Sequence record: PV467748.1
Strand: one strand, 5' to 3'
DNA length: 64,000 bases
From: a phage
Each line of letters begins with the position of its first letter. The stretch's first letter is position 1. Below the pieces are notes generated by a model, which was not told the DNA's origin, did not search any database, and saw only the letters and a program-made list of their open reading frames with translations. Below, piece by piece: positions 22,033 through 32,517 of the stretch. The position numbers and the translations under genes are program-made.

Positions 22033-23752
22033 TCAGAATAGTTTTCGTCGCAATAAACTGATTGAAGAAATGGCTCCTCAGCGTCGTGCTGAGGCGCTAG
22101 CCCAAACTCAGAACGACGAATTAGGAAATATATCAGATGTTTTATCCGATTCCCAGGCGGCGTCTGAATTGCTCTCTGAAGTGGTTGAGACAAAGTCCAA
22201 TCAGATTATTAGTTCTGTAGACCGAGTAGATAAAAGCGTCCAAGATGTTGTTGCTGGGACAGAATTAACGGCTGAAGCTATATCAGAACAAACTCAACAA
22301 TCTAAAGCTCTTTCGGATGCACTAAACGAAAAGATTAATAAGCTTTCTAATATGTTAGAGGCTAAATTTTCTGGTATTTCTATTCCACCGGAAGGGAGTT
22401 CATTAAAGGTTATTGAAGACTCTATTCCGGAAGAACCTAAGGCCGAAACTCCTAAAGTTCCTGCTGTTGTTGAAGATATTCTTCCGCCTGAAGATAATAA
22501 ACCTGACGCTGAATTTATGCCCGAGCCTCCTAAAAATTCAGATGAAGGTAAAGAAGGTGATAAGACTTCTCTTTCTGATAAAATTGAAGCCCTTACTAAA
22601 ATAACTGAAAAGGGATTTAAAGCTTCTATAGGCGTCGCTGATAGAATTTCAGGCATGCTTTTTAAGTATACCATTACCGCTGCCGCTGAAGCTGCTAAAC
22701 TCGCAGCAGGTTTAGTCCTTTTAATATTTGGTATAGATGCCATTCGCGTATACTTCCAATATTTCATGGACCAATTTGAGTCAGGGTGGAAAGAATTTAA
22801 CGATAAGTTTAAAGAGTGGGGACCATTACTTGAAGGGCTAATGACATGGGCCAAGAATGCTGAAGCCATGTTTAGTGAAGGAAACTGGTTAGGTCTGGCT
22901 GAAGCTATTATTCGTGGTATGGTTAATCTTACCAAAAATATGGCACAACTTTTAATGCTTGGTATTTCTAAGTTGATTTCTGCTATTTTAAGTAAAATAC
23001 CTGGTATGGGTGATTTAGCTGAAAACGTAGAGGCTTCTGCTTTAATGTCATATCAGCAAAATACCGGAGCCACTTTGGACGATGAAGACCAAACTAAAGT
23101 GGCCAAGTACCATGATAGACGTTCAGCCGAGGCTTTAGAAACAGCCGAGAAAATGAATAAGAAGTATAAGGATAAACCTGAGCTTATAAACCAGGCAGAG
23201 AAATACGGTAATCTTACTAAAGAACAAGCCGACCAATTACGCGCAGGTGGAATTGACACAAGCTTCCGTGACCTCCCTGAAGAAGAACGTTTAGAGTATT
23301 TCAAGAAACGTGATAAAGCTCAGGCTGATATTATTCGTTTGACACAAACCGCTGATAATATAATGAAGCCAGATTCTAAAGATATCGAAAATGCTAAAGC
23401 ATTTAAAGCTGATATCGAGAAACAATTGGCCGACCCTATTATGGCTAAAGGTGGGGCACCGAAAGACCTTAATATCCAGCAATTACTCGATAAGATGAAT
23501 AAATCTTTAGAGAAATTTAATGAAGCTGAAAAGCCTAAACCTGCTTCTGTAGCGGAATCTCCTGAAAATACCCAGGTTAAAAAGGTTGATGAGCAAATGA
23601 GAGCAAAGGAAAATGCTAAATATAGTCAGCAAGCTCCAACTCAAATAAATCAGCAAACGAATATCAAGAAAACGAGTAAGACAAGCTATAATATGCCTCC
23701 ACAGTCCTCTACTCCTGCTCCTGGTATGCGTCAAGCTACTAAAGTTAATTAG
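22016..23752 (+). CDS. 29: baseplate hub / tail length determinator
   Basis: 578 aa; synteny. Confidence 0.9.
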   Translation: MKNESNQNSFRRNKLIEEMAPQRRAEALAQTQNDELGNISDVLSDSQAASELLSEVVETKSNQIISSVDRVDKSVQDVVAGTELTAEAISEQTQQSKALSDALNEKINKLSNMLEAKFSGISIPPEGSSLKVIEDSIPEEPKAETPKVPAVVEDILPPEDNKPDAEFMPEPPKNSDEGKEGDKTSLSDKIEALTKITEKGFKASIGVADRISGMLFKYTITAAAEAAKLAAGLVLLIFGIDAIRVYFQYFMDQFESGWKEFNDKFKEWGPLLEGLMTWAKNAEAMFSEGNWLGLAEAIIRGMVNLTKNMAQLLMLGISKLISAILSKIPGMGDLAENVEASALMSYQQNTGATLDDEDQTKVAKYHDRRSAEALETAEKMNKKYKDKPELINQAEKYGNLTKEQADQLRAGGIDTSFRDLPEEERLEYFKKRDKAQADIIRLTQTADNIMKPDSKDIENAKAFKADIEKQLADPIMAKGGAPKDLNIQQLLDKMNKSLEKFNEAEKPKPASVAESPENTQVKKVDEQMRAKENAKYSQQAPTQINQQTNIKKTSKTSYNMPPQSSTPAPGMRQATKVN

Positions 23753-23760
23753 GATTAATA

Positions 23761-24849
23761 ATGAAAGTAAAAGAACTTGACTTTGATGTAGCCTCCTTGT
23801 TTAAAGGAGGTTCAAAGACCTCCGCAGGTCAATCTAAAACACCTCCAATAAAAACCACGGTAACCGCTCAGTATCCAGCTGAGCGGGCTTCAGGTAATGA
23901 TACCTCAACCGATATGGTATTAAACGACCTCTATAAAAATGGATTGCTTTTTACTGCATATAATTTTAGTTCTCGTGTATCTCCGGATTTGCGTAACGAC
24001 CGTTCGAGTCAAATGACTAAAAAGTTCTCAAGTGCAGCCAGCAAATTAACAGGTAATAGTGGAACATATAGTGCTGTTAAAAACTTGTTTAGTAATAACT
24101 CTAAGGGCGTTAAATTTGATAGCCAAGCCTTAGCCAATATTCTTTTACCTCGTTCTAAATCTGATGTGGATTCCGTGTCACATAAATTTAACGATGTAGG
24201 CGAATCATTGATTACTAAAGGTGGTGGTACTGCTACAGGTATTTTAAGTAACGTTGCAAGTACTGCGGTATTTGGTGCGTTGGAATCTGTGACTAATGGC
24301 GTAATGGCTGATTCAGGTGAACAGATATACACCACTGCCCGTAGTATGTACGCCGGCCCGGATAACCGTACTAAGGTATTTACTTGGGAAATGACTCCAC
24401 GAAACGCCCAAGACCTTATCCAGATTATTAAAATATATGAAATCTTTAATTACTATTCTTATGGTGAAACCGGCAACTCAGCCTTCGCAGGCGAATTAAA
24501 AGATAAGATTGATACTTGGTACCGTTCTACATTTAAAAAAGAAGCTATTGACAAGTTTGATGGTAAGCTATTAGGGGAAAGTATTACAAGCTTCCTTTCT
24601 AATGTTATTGTGGTAAGTAACCCTACCATTTGGTATATCCGAAACTTTGGCGATAGCAGTTCATATGATGGTCGTGAAGATATTTTCGGCCCGTGTCAAA
24701 TCCAAAGTATCCGTTTCGATAAAACTCCGGACGGGCATTTTAACGGATTGGCTATTGCTCCTAACTTACCATCTACATTTAGTTTAGAAGTTACTTTCCG
24801 TGAAATCATTACTTTGAACCGTGGCTCACTTTATACGGAAGGATTCTAA
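23761..24849 (+). CDS. 48: baseplate tail-tube junction protein
   Basis: 362 aa; synteny. Confidence 0.9.
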   Translation: MKVKELDFDVASLFKGGSKTSAGQSKTPPIKTTVTAQYPAERASGNDTSTDMVLNDLYKNGLLFTAYNFSSRVSPDLRNDRSSQMTKKFSSAASKLTGNSGTYSAVKNLFSNNSKGVKFDSQALANILLPRSKSDVDSVSHKFNDVGESLITKGGGTATGILSNVASTAVFGALESVTNGVMADSGEQIYTTARSMYAGPDNRTKVFTWEMTPRNAQDLIQIIKIYEIFNYYSYGETGNSAFAGELKDKIDTWYRSTFKKEAIDKFDGKLLGESITSFLSNVIVVSNPTIWYIRNFGDSSSYDGREDIFGPCQIQSIRFDKTPDGHFNGLAIAPNLPSTFSLEVTFREIITLNRGSLYTEGF

Positions 24850-25778
24850 TGTATACTTTACAAGAATTTCAGAACCAGGCAATTAATATTGACCTACAGA
24901 GGAATAACCTGTTTAGTGTAGTATTTGCTACAGTTCCTTCTTCTAAATCCCAAGCGCTCCTCGACCAGTTCGGTGGAGCTTTATTTAACAATATCCCATT
25001 GAATAGCGATTTGTTTGGTATTACACAAGGAGAGTTGACCCAAGGTGTTACGACATTAGTGACAGCGGGCACTCAGAAGTTGATTCGTAAGTCAGGCATA
25101 AGTAAATATCTGATTGGAGCTATGTCATCCAGGGTTGTGCAGAGCTTACTAGGAGAGTTTGAAGTAGGTACATATCTGATGGATTTTTTCAATATGGCCT
25201 ATCCTACGGCAGGTCTTTTAGTCCACGCCGTTAAAATCCCAGATAATACTTTGAGCTATGAAATGGATTTGAACCACAACTCGCCTAACATCAAAATTAC
25301 CGGAAGAGAATATTCTCCATTGGTATTAAGCTTCCGTATGGATTCTGAAGCTGCTAACTACCGTGCTTTTAATGATTGGGTCAATAGTGTTCAAGACCCT
25401 ATTACACAATTAAGAGCATTGCCTGAGGATGTTGAAGCCGACATTCAAGTCAACCTTCATTCTCGTAATGGATTGCCACATACGGTAGTAATGCTTAATG
25501 GTTGTGTTCCAATGAGCGTATCTTCCCCGGAATTATCTTACGACGGTGATAACCAAATTGCTTCGTTTGATGTTACATTTGCTTATAGAAGTGTACAGAC
25601 AGGCGCAGTCGGTAAACAGGCTGCTTACGAATGGCTGGAAGATAAGATTATTAAAGGCGTCGCTGGGCTAAGTGAGAATAATTCACTGAGTTCTTCAGTA
25701 GCTAAATTAAGTCGACTTTCAGGAGCGGCTAGTGGATTAACAGGATTGGTTAATAGTAGAATATCGAGGTTGCTATAG
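24849..25778 (+). CDS. 54: baseplate tail-tube initiator
   Basis: 309 aa; synteny. Confidence 0.9.
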   Translation: MYTLQEFQNQAINIDLQRNNLFSVVFATVPSSKSQALLDQFGGALFNNIPLNSDLFGITQGELTQGVTTLVTAGTQKLIRKSGISKYLIGAMSSRVVQSLLGEFEVGTYLMDFFNMAYPTAGLLVHAVKIPDNTLSYEMDLNHNSPNIKITGREYSPLVLSFRMDSEAANYRAFNDWVNSVQDPITQLRALPEDVEADIQVNLHSRNGLPHTVVMLNGCVPMSVSSPELSYDGDNQIASFDVTFAYRSVQTGAVGKQAAYEWLEDKIIKGVAGLSENNSLSSSVAKLSRLSGAASGLTGLVNSRISRLL

Positions 25779-25780
25779 CA

Positions 25781-25806
25781 AAAAAGGAGAGCGTACGCTC
25801 TCCTTT
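25781..25806. terminator. bidirectional intrinsic terminator between gene 54 and the alt-region operon
   Basis: AAAAAGGAGAGCG-TA-CGCTCTCCTTT. Confidence 0.7.
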
Positions 25807-25812
25807 AGGGGG

Positions 25813-26103
25813 TTATTTACGGAACGAAATGAAACCTGCTGCAGTCATTAGTGGTTGCTTTTTATCAAACACCGTAACTGAAATAGGAGCTTCAGATTCG
25901 AGTTGTCCTGTCACTACACCGTTAAAAATGTTTTCGGTTTGTTCTGGATGAGAAAAATTCTCAACAGGCCGGATATCAAACTGTTTGTCTTCACCGAAAA
26001 CTCGACGTAATTCATTACCCACTGCACTGTCAAACTCTTCAGAAGCAGGGATAACGTTTTCAACCACCAGTTCTTGACCATTAAAACGGAATGCAGATTT
26101 CAT
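25813..26103 (-). CDS. hypothetical protein downstream of the alt paralogs
   Basis: 96 aa; GAGGAG SD; early-type promoter upstream. Confidence 0.5.
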   Translation of the reverse strand: MKSAFRFNGQELVVENVIPASEEFDSAVGNELRRVFGEDKQFDIRPVENFSHPEQTENIFNGVVTGQLESEAPISVTVFDKKQPLMTAAGFISFRK

Positions 26104-26131
26104 AATGTTCTCCTCATGTTTGTGTAAGGTA

Positions 26132-26161
26132 ATAGTACCACATCCTTGTGGTGTTGTAAAC
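26132..26161 (-). promoter_or_regulatory. early sigma70-type promoter (GTTTAC ... TACTAT)
   Basis: Reverse complement GTTTAC, 18-nt spacer, TACTAT. Confidence 0.4.
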
Positions 26162-28284
26162 TACATTTTGAATTTATTTGATAAAGAAGAGATATCCAAA
26201 GACGCTGCAAGGATTTCCATAGCTTCGTTGCTTTCAGAAACGGATTCATTAACCAAGAATTGACTAAATCCATCCATCAGGCGAACTTCACCAGTTTCCA
26301 TCAAATGGTCACCATCGTAAACAGATTCGCTGAGCTCTGAAGGAGGTGTTACGGTAGCTTCCATAAGGTATTTGTGAGATACTCTATCATTCATGGCAAA
26401 AGCCGCTACTTTATCAACCTTCAACAATAATCCGCGCGGAAGGATAATTTCTGCTTCTTCGGCATATTCTGTAAGGTCACCAGGAGCGATAACTTTAACT
26501 GCTTCAGCACCTCGAATAACCATACCAATTTCAGCAATTCTATCTGCAGGACCTTCAGGTGCAATTGGATTACCAAACTCGTCTTCTTCCCATTCTACCT
26601 CTTCGTCATCGACTTCACCCACATCAGATGAACTACCACTAGCCAATTTAAACAACTCATCAGCTGAGGACAAAGAACCTTCACCACCAACAAAAACGGC
26701 TTGGTTGTCGAGGGCCATATAATTTTTACCGAATTCACCAAAGATGTTAGGCTTTAATGAGGCTGACACAAAGTTCTTAAAGTAAAATGTTTTGTTATCG
26801 ATATTATGGCGCAGAATTTTGTATGGCAAATCCTGACCACGATACAAAATAGTACCCTTAGGAAGTTTAATACCCTTAGTAAATGCTGAGTCTAAATCCT
26901 TAATCAATTTAATAGCCGTTGTATTGTTTTCGGATTCAGGTTTACCTAAAAGGAATAAGTTCATAGGAGCATATTCAGCCGCGCAATATTCAATAATAGC
27001 ATTGCTTTCGTCTTTGGTTAGGTCCTTAGGTTTAATGAGCTCGCCTGAATAAGCATATGCATCACTAATAGAATCGTTAACCAGTTTATAAACTGCTTCC
27101 ATAGCGAAAGCAATTCGAGAGGCCTTTTCTGAAGGGGAACCCTTAAAACGGGTACTCAGGTTATTAACAATTTTCTTAATAATATCCAGACTATTGGTTG
27201 TATTGATTTGCGAAAGACCACTTAAAAGTCTATCGACTTCTGTATTAAAAAATGCCATATTATTAGAGTAAATTTCAAACCCTTGTTTATCTCTATTAGC
27301 ATAATTTAGTTTAAATTTACTATCAGTCATTAAAGCGTGTGTGAGAGCAATAGTGTATCTAAAGTTGGCAAGGTCCTCGCTCTTAGATTTAAACTGAGAA
27401 GCCTGGCGCATTTTAGTAATAGCACCTTTTTTAAAGTTCTGGCTAATCTGTTCAATACCTTCATTCTCAGGGCCTTCAGCCGTGTGAACAGGTACAGAAG
27501 CTTCAAACTCATTATAAACCTGCAATTCTTTAGGGGACAAAGTTTCAGGTTCGGCAGTAGAATACTGCGCCGCTGCTGCCATACGACGGGAAATCTTAGT
27601 ACGGGTAATGACAGCCTTATCGGTACGTTTCTCTTCAACTTGTGCAATAGATGCCGCTACTGCTTCAACCTTACTTACGGCCTGGCCGGTTTTCTTAGAA
27701 ACATACACTTCGCCAACTTTAGACTCAACTTTAGTATAAAGATCGGCATTAATTTCAGGCATACCCTTGATATCTTCAATATTAGCACCACGACGTACTA
27801 AAAGAACGTAGGTATGTTTTCCGCTGAATTGGAACATGTCGTCAACAACTTTAAACTTACCACCGGTACGAGCCATAGCCAAACGAGCTAATACGCGCTG
27901 AACGGTAGGGCCCTTACCTTTCATTTTCTTAGTAGGGAAACGGAACAGAACTGCGTCCATTTTAAGTTTGTTTATTTGTTCGTATATGGTATCGAAAATG
28001 GTGTTCAGTGTACCAAGTGGATCGGTACCCAACCCGCCCTTGAGTTCTGCCGGAGCGCCTTTAGCTGACAAACTCATCAAAATAACATGAACATATTTGT
28101 CGCCCGGCTTAACCATTTTAATAGCGTCTCCTTGAGACGCATAAGATACCATACGAGCAACCAGATTATCATTACCTGGTGCTTGGATAGAGAAAATCTG
28201 TGGAATACCGGAACCCGGTTTAAGATTTGTTACTGGATAGTTTTTAGCGGAATCACTATCAAAAACCTCATTTAAATTTTCCAT
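26161..28284 (-). CDS. alt: Alt-like packaged mono-ADP-ribosyltransferase, paralog 1
   Basis: 707 aa; N-terminal LNE-V processing motif, PQIFS, KGGLG, RFPTKKMKG; C-terminal R/S/ExE elements (YRGQ, FVSASL, EAEIILPRG). Confidence 0.85.
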   Translation of the reverse strand: MENLNEVFDSDSAKNYPVTNLKPGSGIPQIFSIQAPGNDNLVARMVSYASQGDAIKMVKPGDKYVHVILMSLSAKGAPAELKGGLGTDPLGTLNTIFDTIYEQINKLKMDAVLFRFPTKKMKGKGPTVQRVLARLAMARTGGKFKVVDDMFQFSGKHTYVLLVRRGANIEDIKGMPEINADLYTKVESKVGEVYVSKKTGQAVSKVEAVAASIAQVEEKRTDKAVITRTKISRRMAAAAQYSTAEPETLSPKELQVYNEFEASVPVHTAEGPENEGIEQISQNFKKGAITKMRQASQFKSKSEDLANFRYTIALTHALMTDSKFKLNYANRDKQGFEIYSNNMAFFNTEVDRLLSGLSQINTTNSLDIIKKIVNNLSTRFKGSPSEKASRIAFAMEAVYKLVNDSISDAYAYSGELIKPKDLTKDESNAIIEYCAAEYAPMNLFLLGKPESENNTTAIKLIKDLDSAFTKGIKLPKGTILYRGQDLPYKILRHNIDNKTFYFKNFVSASLKPNIFGEFGKNYMALDNQAVFVGGEGSLSSADELFKLASGSSSDVGEVDDEEVEWEEDEFGNPIAPEGPADRIAEIGMVIRGAEAVKVIAPGDLTEYAEEAEIILPRGLLLKVDKVAAFAMNDRVSHKYLMEATVTPPSELSESVYDGDHLMETGEVRLMDGFSQFLVNESVSESNEAMEILAASLDISSLSNKFKM

Positions 28285-28287
28285 TAT

Positions 28288-30372
28288 TTACCCTTGGATG
28301 AATTTTTCTGGGATGTCATAGAGGTCTATGCATGAAGCCAAAAGAGGCAGTACATCAAACCGGGTAGATTTAACAAATGAATCAAAAGATACAGGGCTTT
28401 CGGAAGTATCGAAGTCATCTTGGTATACAACCAATTCACCAGTTTCCATTAGTACGTCACCATCATACACTACAGATTCTTGAAGCTCATCTGTTGTCAT
28501 AACTTCAGCTTGAATGAGTTTTGTATTATTAGATGTTGTTCCATCATTATTAGAAGCATCTGTTATTTTATTAACTTTGACCATTAATCCACGTGGTAGA
28601 ATAACTTCAGCTTCAGTTGCTATTCCGAGATTTCCTGGATATACAACATTAACTTTATGAGCACCGTCAATTGCCCATCCTATTTGAGCTTTAACGTAAT
28701 CAGGATTTTCCTTATACGCCCTTATTTCATTAGGGTTAATAGTTATTCCTTCTTCATTTTTATCGACTGTCAATTCATTGCGAACTTCCGGTTCTAAAAG
28801 ACCGATACCAGCGTGTGTAACACCAAATCGTCCAAAAATGATAGGGGTTAAAGAAGTAGATACAAAATTTCTGAAATAGAACACTTTATTTTTAACTAGT
28901 GCTTCGTATATAGGAGCAGTCATACTCTGGGCACGATAAACTGTGATGCCTTCTGGTATACGGTCGCCGTTTTCAAAAGCTGAATCTAAATTATTTATCG
29001 CAGATTCAATTTCTTTTTCACTCATTACCTCATATCGTTCTGGATTGTAGCGACCTAAAAGAAGATTATTGATGTCAGTATATCCTGAACCACAATATTC
29101 TCTGATACCACGCTTTTGTGATGGAGTATATTTAGAACCCTCACGAGCAATAGTAATATCAACCATAATACCGCCACCTACACCAGCAAAACTATAAACA
29201 CATTTTTTAATGAACTTGGTCTTAGTGGCTTTCCACTTGGACTCGGTTAATTCATTCCAGACGTCGTCAGGTTGACCTTTACGAGTTTTGTTATGCTTGG
29301 CCAACCATTTGGCTTTGTATTCTTCGAAAATGGTATTAATAGCAGAGGCATATTTTTCTAGAGCTTTAACAGATGTCAAAGGTTCGTTTTTGATGGCCGC
29401 AAGAATTTTATCTTTAATTTTCTCTTGGATTTCACCTATACCGTGAAGAGGAAACATTTTGTAATCGTAATGCAATTCTTCAGCAGTGCCTTCAGCTATT
29501 ATATTAGCAACCTTATTTTTAGCCGCAGGAGAATTGTTATTAGTAACCATTTCCTGGGCCTCAGGGATTAATGGAGCTGTTGCTGGTTTATTAAAATCCA
29601 CTGCAGTAGCTTCATATTTCTTAAACAGTTCACTTTCATTACGATAAGATTCTAACGATTGACTTGCTGCAATAGCACGACGCGAAATCTTAGTCTTGGT
29701 TATAACCATTTTATCAGTGCGACGTTCTTCAACTTTAGCAATACTGCCGGCAATAGCAGTTTCTTTAGTAACCTGCACACCTTCTTTTTTAGAAATATAA
29801 ACTTCACCGACATCAGAATCTACCTTAGTGTATAATTCGGAATTAATTCCAGGCATACCTTTGATATCTTCGATATCAGCTTGTTTACGAACTACTAGAA
29901 TATAAGTATGTTTACCAGTAAATTGGTACATAGCCGGAACTACTTTGAAGCGTCCACCTGTTTTTTGAGTTGCCAAACGTTGGATAATCCGTTGGACGAT
30001 AGGTCCTTGCCCTTTCATTTTCTTGGTTGGAAAACGGAACATCACAGCATCCATACGAAGCTTTTTAACTTGTTCGAATACTACGTCGAAAATGGTATTA
30101 ATAGCATCAATAGGAGTAGGGCCTAAGCCGCCTTTAAGTTCGGCTGGAGAACCTTTAGCTGAAAGGCTCATAAGGATAATGTGGGCGTATTTATCACCTA
30201 ATTTAACCTGTTTAATAGCATCGCCTTCAGAGGCATAAGATACCATACGAGCAACCAATTGGGATTCAGCATCGCCAATCTTCCAAATCTGGGGTACTTT
30301 AAGTTTTGGGTTTAAGTTTACAGTAGGCAGGGTGCCTTCGGACTCAAACACCTCATTCAATTGTTCGGTCAT
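28288..30372 (-). CDS. Alt-like packaged mono-ADP-ribosyltransferase, paralog 2
   Basis: 694 aa; same N-terminal module; C-terminal YRAQ, FVSTSL, EAEVILPRG. Confidence 0.85.
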   Translation of the reverse strand: MTEQLNEVFESEGTLPTVNLNPKLKVPQIWKIGDAESQLVARMVSYASEGDAIKQVKLGDKYAHIILMSLSAKGSPAELKGGLGPTPIDAINTIFDVVFEQVKKLRMDAVMFRFPTKKMKGQGPIVQRIIQRLATQKTGGRFKVVPAMYQFTGKHTYILVVRKQADIEDIKGMPGINSELYTKVDSDVGEVYISKKEGVQVTKETAIAGSIAKVEERRTDKMVITKTKISRRAIAASQSLESYRNESELFKKYEATAVDFNKPATAPLIPEAQEMVTNNNSPAAKNKVANIIAEGTAEELHYDYKMFPLHGIGEIQEKIKDKILAAIKNEPLTSVKALEKYASAINTIFEEYKAKWLAKHNKTRKGQPDDVWNELTESKWKATKTKFIKKCVYSFAGVGGGIMVDITIAREGSKYTPSQKRGIREYCGSGYTDINNLLLGRYNPERYEVMSEKEIESAINNLDSAFENGDRIPEGITVYRAQSMTAPIYEALVKNKVFYFRNFVSTSLTPIIFGRFGVTHAGIGLLEPEVRNELTVDKNEEGITINPNEIRAYKENPDYVKAQIGWAIDGAHKVNVVYPGNLGIATEAEVILPRGLMVKVNKITDASNNDGTTSNNTKLIQAEVMTTDELQESVVYDGDVLMETGELVVYQDDFDTSESPVSFDSFVKSTRFDVLPLLASCIDLYDIPEKFIQG

Positions 30373-30380
30373 AATAATTC

Positions 30381-32276
30381 CTATTTAAATAAATTTGATA
30401 ATTTTTCCATAGAATCTTCGTAAAGGATTTTATCATAACTTTCAAATGAAAGTACTGTGCTATACGAATTTTCTTCTGTGATTTGTTCAGAACCAATAAC
30501 TTCGCACTCCACCAATACGTACTTACCTATAGAACCCATAAGACCTTTAGAAGCACCATACACTTTATTAATTTTAAGCATTACGCCTCTAGGAAGAATA
30601 ACCTCAGTTTCTGTAGACCAATTTGCCAAATTACCTGGTACGATAACTTTAATTTTGTCCGCGCCTTTAATAATTAATCCAAGCTTAATTGTCTCTCTAG
30701 CACTTCCGGTTGCACTTTTAATTGTGTCTTCTAGATTATTATCTATATCGCTAGAAAGAGCTTCGGGATCTAAATTTGATTGAGCGTGTCCCATTTCGCC
30801 AAAAATATTAGGAGCTAATGAGGTAGATGCGAAAATAGGAAGATACATTACTTTATGTTTTATTGAATTCAAAGCCATTTCGGTGGGCATTATTTGAGAT
30901 CGATACACTATAGTTCCTTTAGGGAGCTTTGTACCGTTTTCAAAAGCAGAATCCATATCACCAATCATTTTTATCATTTCATCAGTAGTATCTGTTTTAC
31001 CTAATAAAAAGTTGTTAATGTGATTATATCCACCGCGAGTGTACTTTTTGATAGCCTCTTCTTGAGGTTTAGTTAAATTGGGATTGTCATCTATTTTAAA
31101 CAAAGGTTGTATAGATTTGGTATAGACTGCTACTAATGATTTTATTACTTCTTTTATTTTAGATTCTCTAGCCCATGTACCTTTAACTGAACCATCTAAA
31201 AGAGATGCGGCAACTAATCTAAGGACGTCCACATGTGTTTTACCTGATTTTAAAGCATTTATAACACCATTAGATTTATCTAAAGAATCTGATGATTCTA
31301 AAGCAAACTTTATATCTTTAATTAATTTAAGCCTATGCTCATCTATTTCAAACGACGGATTAACACCATTAAAAATATAATCTAAATATTCTGCCATTTC
31401 TTTAGAAGTATCTTTTAATACTTTAATACCGGCTGACGCTATTTGGCTTTCTTTAGAACCTTCAGAAGAATGCACTGAACTAGTAATAGATAAATCGGAG
31501 TAAACTTTTTTATGTTCTTCTGAAAATTTATTCAATCCTGACGGTTCTGATGTTGAGTATAGTGCATTTATTGCGGCTCGTTTAGAAACCTTTGTTTTGG
31601 TTATAACCATTTTATCTGAACGAGATTTTTCTATTTCATCTATAGATTTAGCTATGGCTTCTAGTTTAGTAACATCTTCACCTGTTTTCTTTGAAACATA
31701 TACATCACCAACTTCAGATTCAACTTTAGTATATAACTCAGCATTAATATTTGGGATGCCTTTTATAGATTCTATATTTTTATTTTTACGGTAGATAAAA
31801 ACATATGAATGTTTACCACTGAATTGGTACAAGGCGTCAAGGACCTTGAATTGTCCACCCGCTCTAGAAGCTATCAATTTGGCTAGGACTCTCTGTACGG
31901 TTTTTTCCTGCCCTTTCATTTTCTTGGTTGGAAAACGGAACATCACAGCATCCATACGAAGAGCTTTAATTTGTTCATAGACTATATCAAATATGGAACG
32001 AATAGCTGAAATAGGATTTGTGCCTAGCCCGCCTTTAAGTTCAGCCGGCGTACCTTTAGGAGATAGGCTCATTAAAATAACATGCACGTATTTATCACCC
32101 GGCTTAACTTGTCTAATGGCATCACCTTCTGAAGTATAAGAAACCATTCGCGCTACAAGGTTATCATTACCTTCTGCCTTTATATTCCAAATCTGTGGTA
32201 CTTTAAGTTTAGGGTTTAAATTAATAGCAGATAAATCTACATCCCCATCAAATATTTCATTTAGTTGTTCAGGCAT
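30381..32276 (-). CDS. Alt-like packaged mono-ADP-ribosyltransferase, paralog 3
   Basis: 631 aa; same N-terminal module; C-terminal YRSQ, FASTSL, ETEVILPRG. Confidence 0.85.
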   Translation of the reverse strand: MPEQLNEIFDGDVDLSAINLNPKLKVPQIWNIKAEGNDNLVARMVSYTSEGDAIRQVKPGDKYVHVILMSLSPKGTPAELKGGLGTNPISAIRSIFDIVYEQIKALRMDAVMFRFPTKKMKGQEKTVQRVLAKLIASRAGGQFKVLDALYQFSGKHSYVFIYRKNKNIESIKGIPNINAELYTKVESEVGDVYVSKKTGEDVTKLEAIAKSIDEIEKSRSDKMVITKTKVSKRAAINALYSTSEPSGLNKFSEEHKKVYSDLSITSSVHSSEGSKESQIASAGIKVLKDTSKEMAEYLDYIFNGVNPSFEIDEHRLKLIKDIKFALESSDSLDKSNGVINALKSGKTHVDVLRLVAASLLDGSVKGTWARESKIKEVIKSLVAVYTKSIQPLFKIDDNPNLTKPQEEAIKKYTRGGYNHINNFLLGKTDTTDEMIKMIGDMDSAFENGTKLPKGTIVYRSQIMPTEMALNSIKHKVMYLPIFASTSLAPNIFGEMGHAQSNLDPEALSSDIDNNLEDTIKSATGSARETIKLGLIIKGADKIKVIVPGNLANWSTETEVILPRGVMLKINKVYGASKGLMGSIGKYVLVECEVIGSEQITEENSYSTVLSFESYDKILYEDSMEKLSNLFK

Positions 32277-32311
32277 AATAATTCCTCTTAATACCTGTAT
32301 TTATGCCAGAA

Positions 32312-32329
32312 AAAGGCCCGAAGGCCTTT
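32312..32329 (-). terminator. intrinsic terminator upstream of alt paralog 3
   Basis: AAAGGCC-CGAA-GGCCTTT with a T-tract on the - strand. Confidence 0.6.
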
Positions 32330-32330
32330 A

Positions 32331-32516
32331 TTAAGGAAGTACTAGCAGAGTACGGTAAACTTCAAATTTAGGACCCTTTTCATAGCGGTCGAAATTATCT
32401 TTAAAATCAGCGAACGCGATTTCATTTTCAAATTCAAGGACAATTTGGGACACTGCGGTGGAGACATCGCCACCTTCTTTATATCCAATAACCACGGTTT
32501 CTAAATAAGCTTTCAT
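32331..32516 (-). CDS. hypothetical small protein (start uncertain)
   Basis: ORF abutting the ligase stop; internal Met start gives 61 aa. Confidence 0.4.
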   Translation of the reverse strand: MKAYLETVVIGYKEGGDVSTAVSQIVLEFENEIAFADFKDNFDRYEKGPKFEVYRTLLVLP

Positions 32517-32517
32517 A

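Noticed and set aside
22294-22935. 213-aa ORF antisense to gene 29
   Set aside because: Antisense to a well-supported baseplate gene; serine/alanine-rich low-complexity translation
27337-27801. 154-aa + strand ORF inside Alt paralog 1, and similar + strand ORFs inside paralogs 2 and 3
   Set aside because: Opposite-strand shadow ORFs within long - strand genes; no independent support
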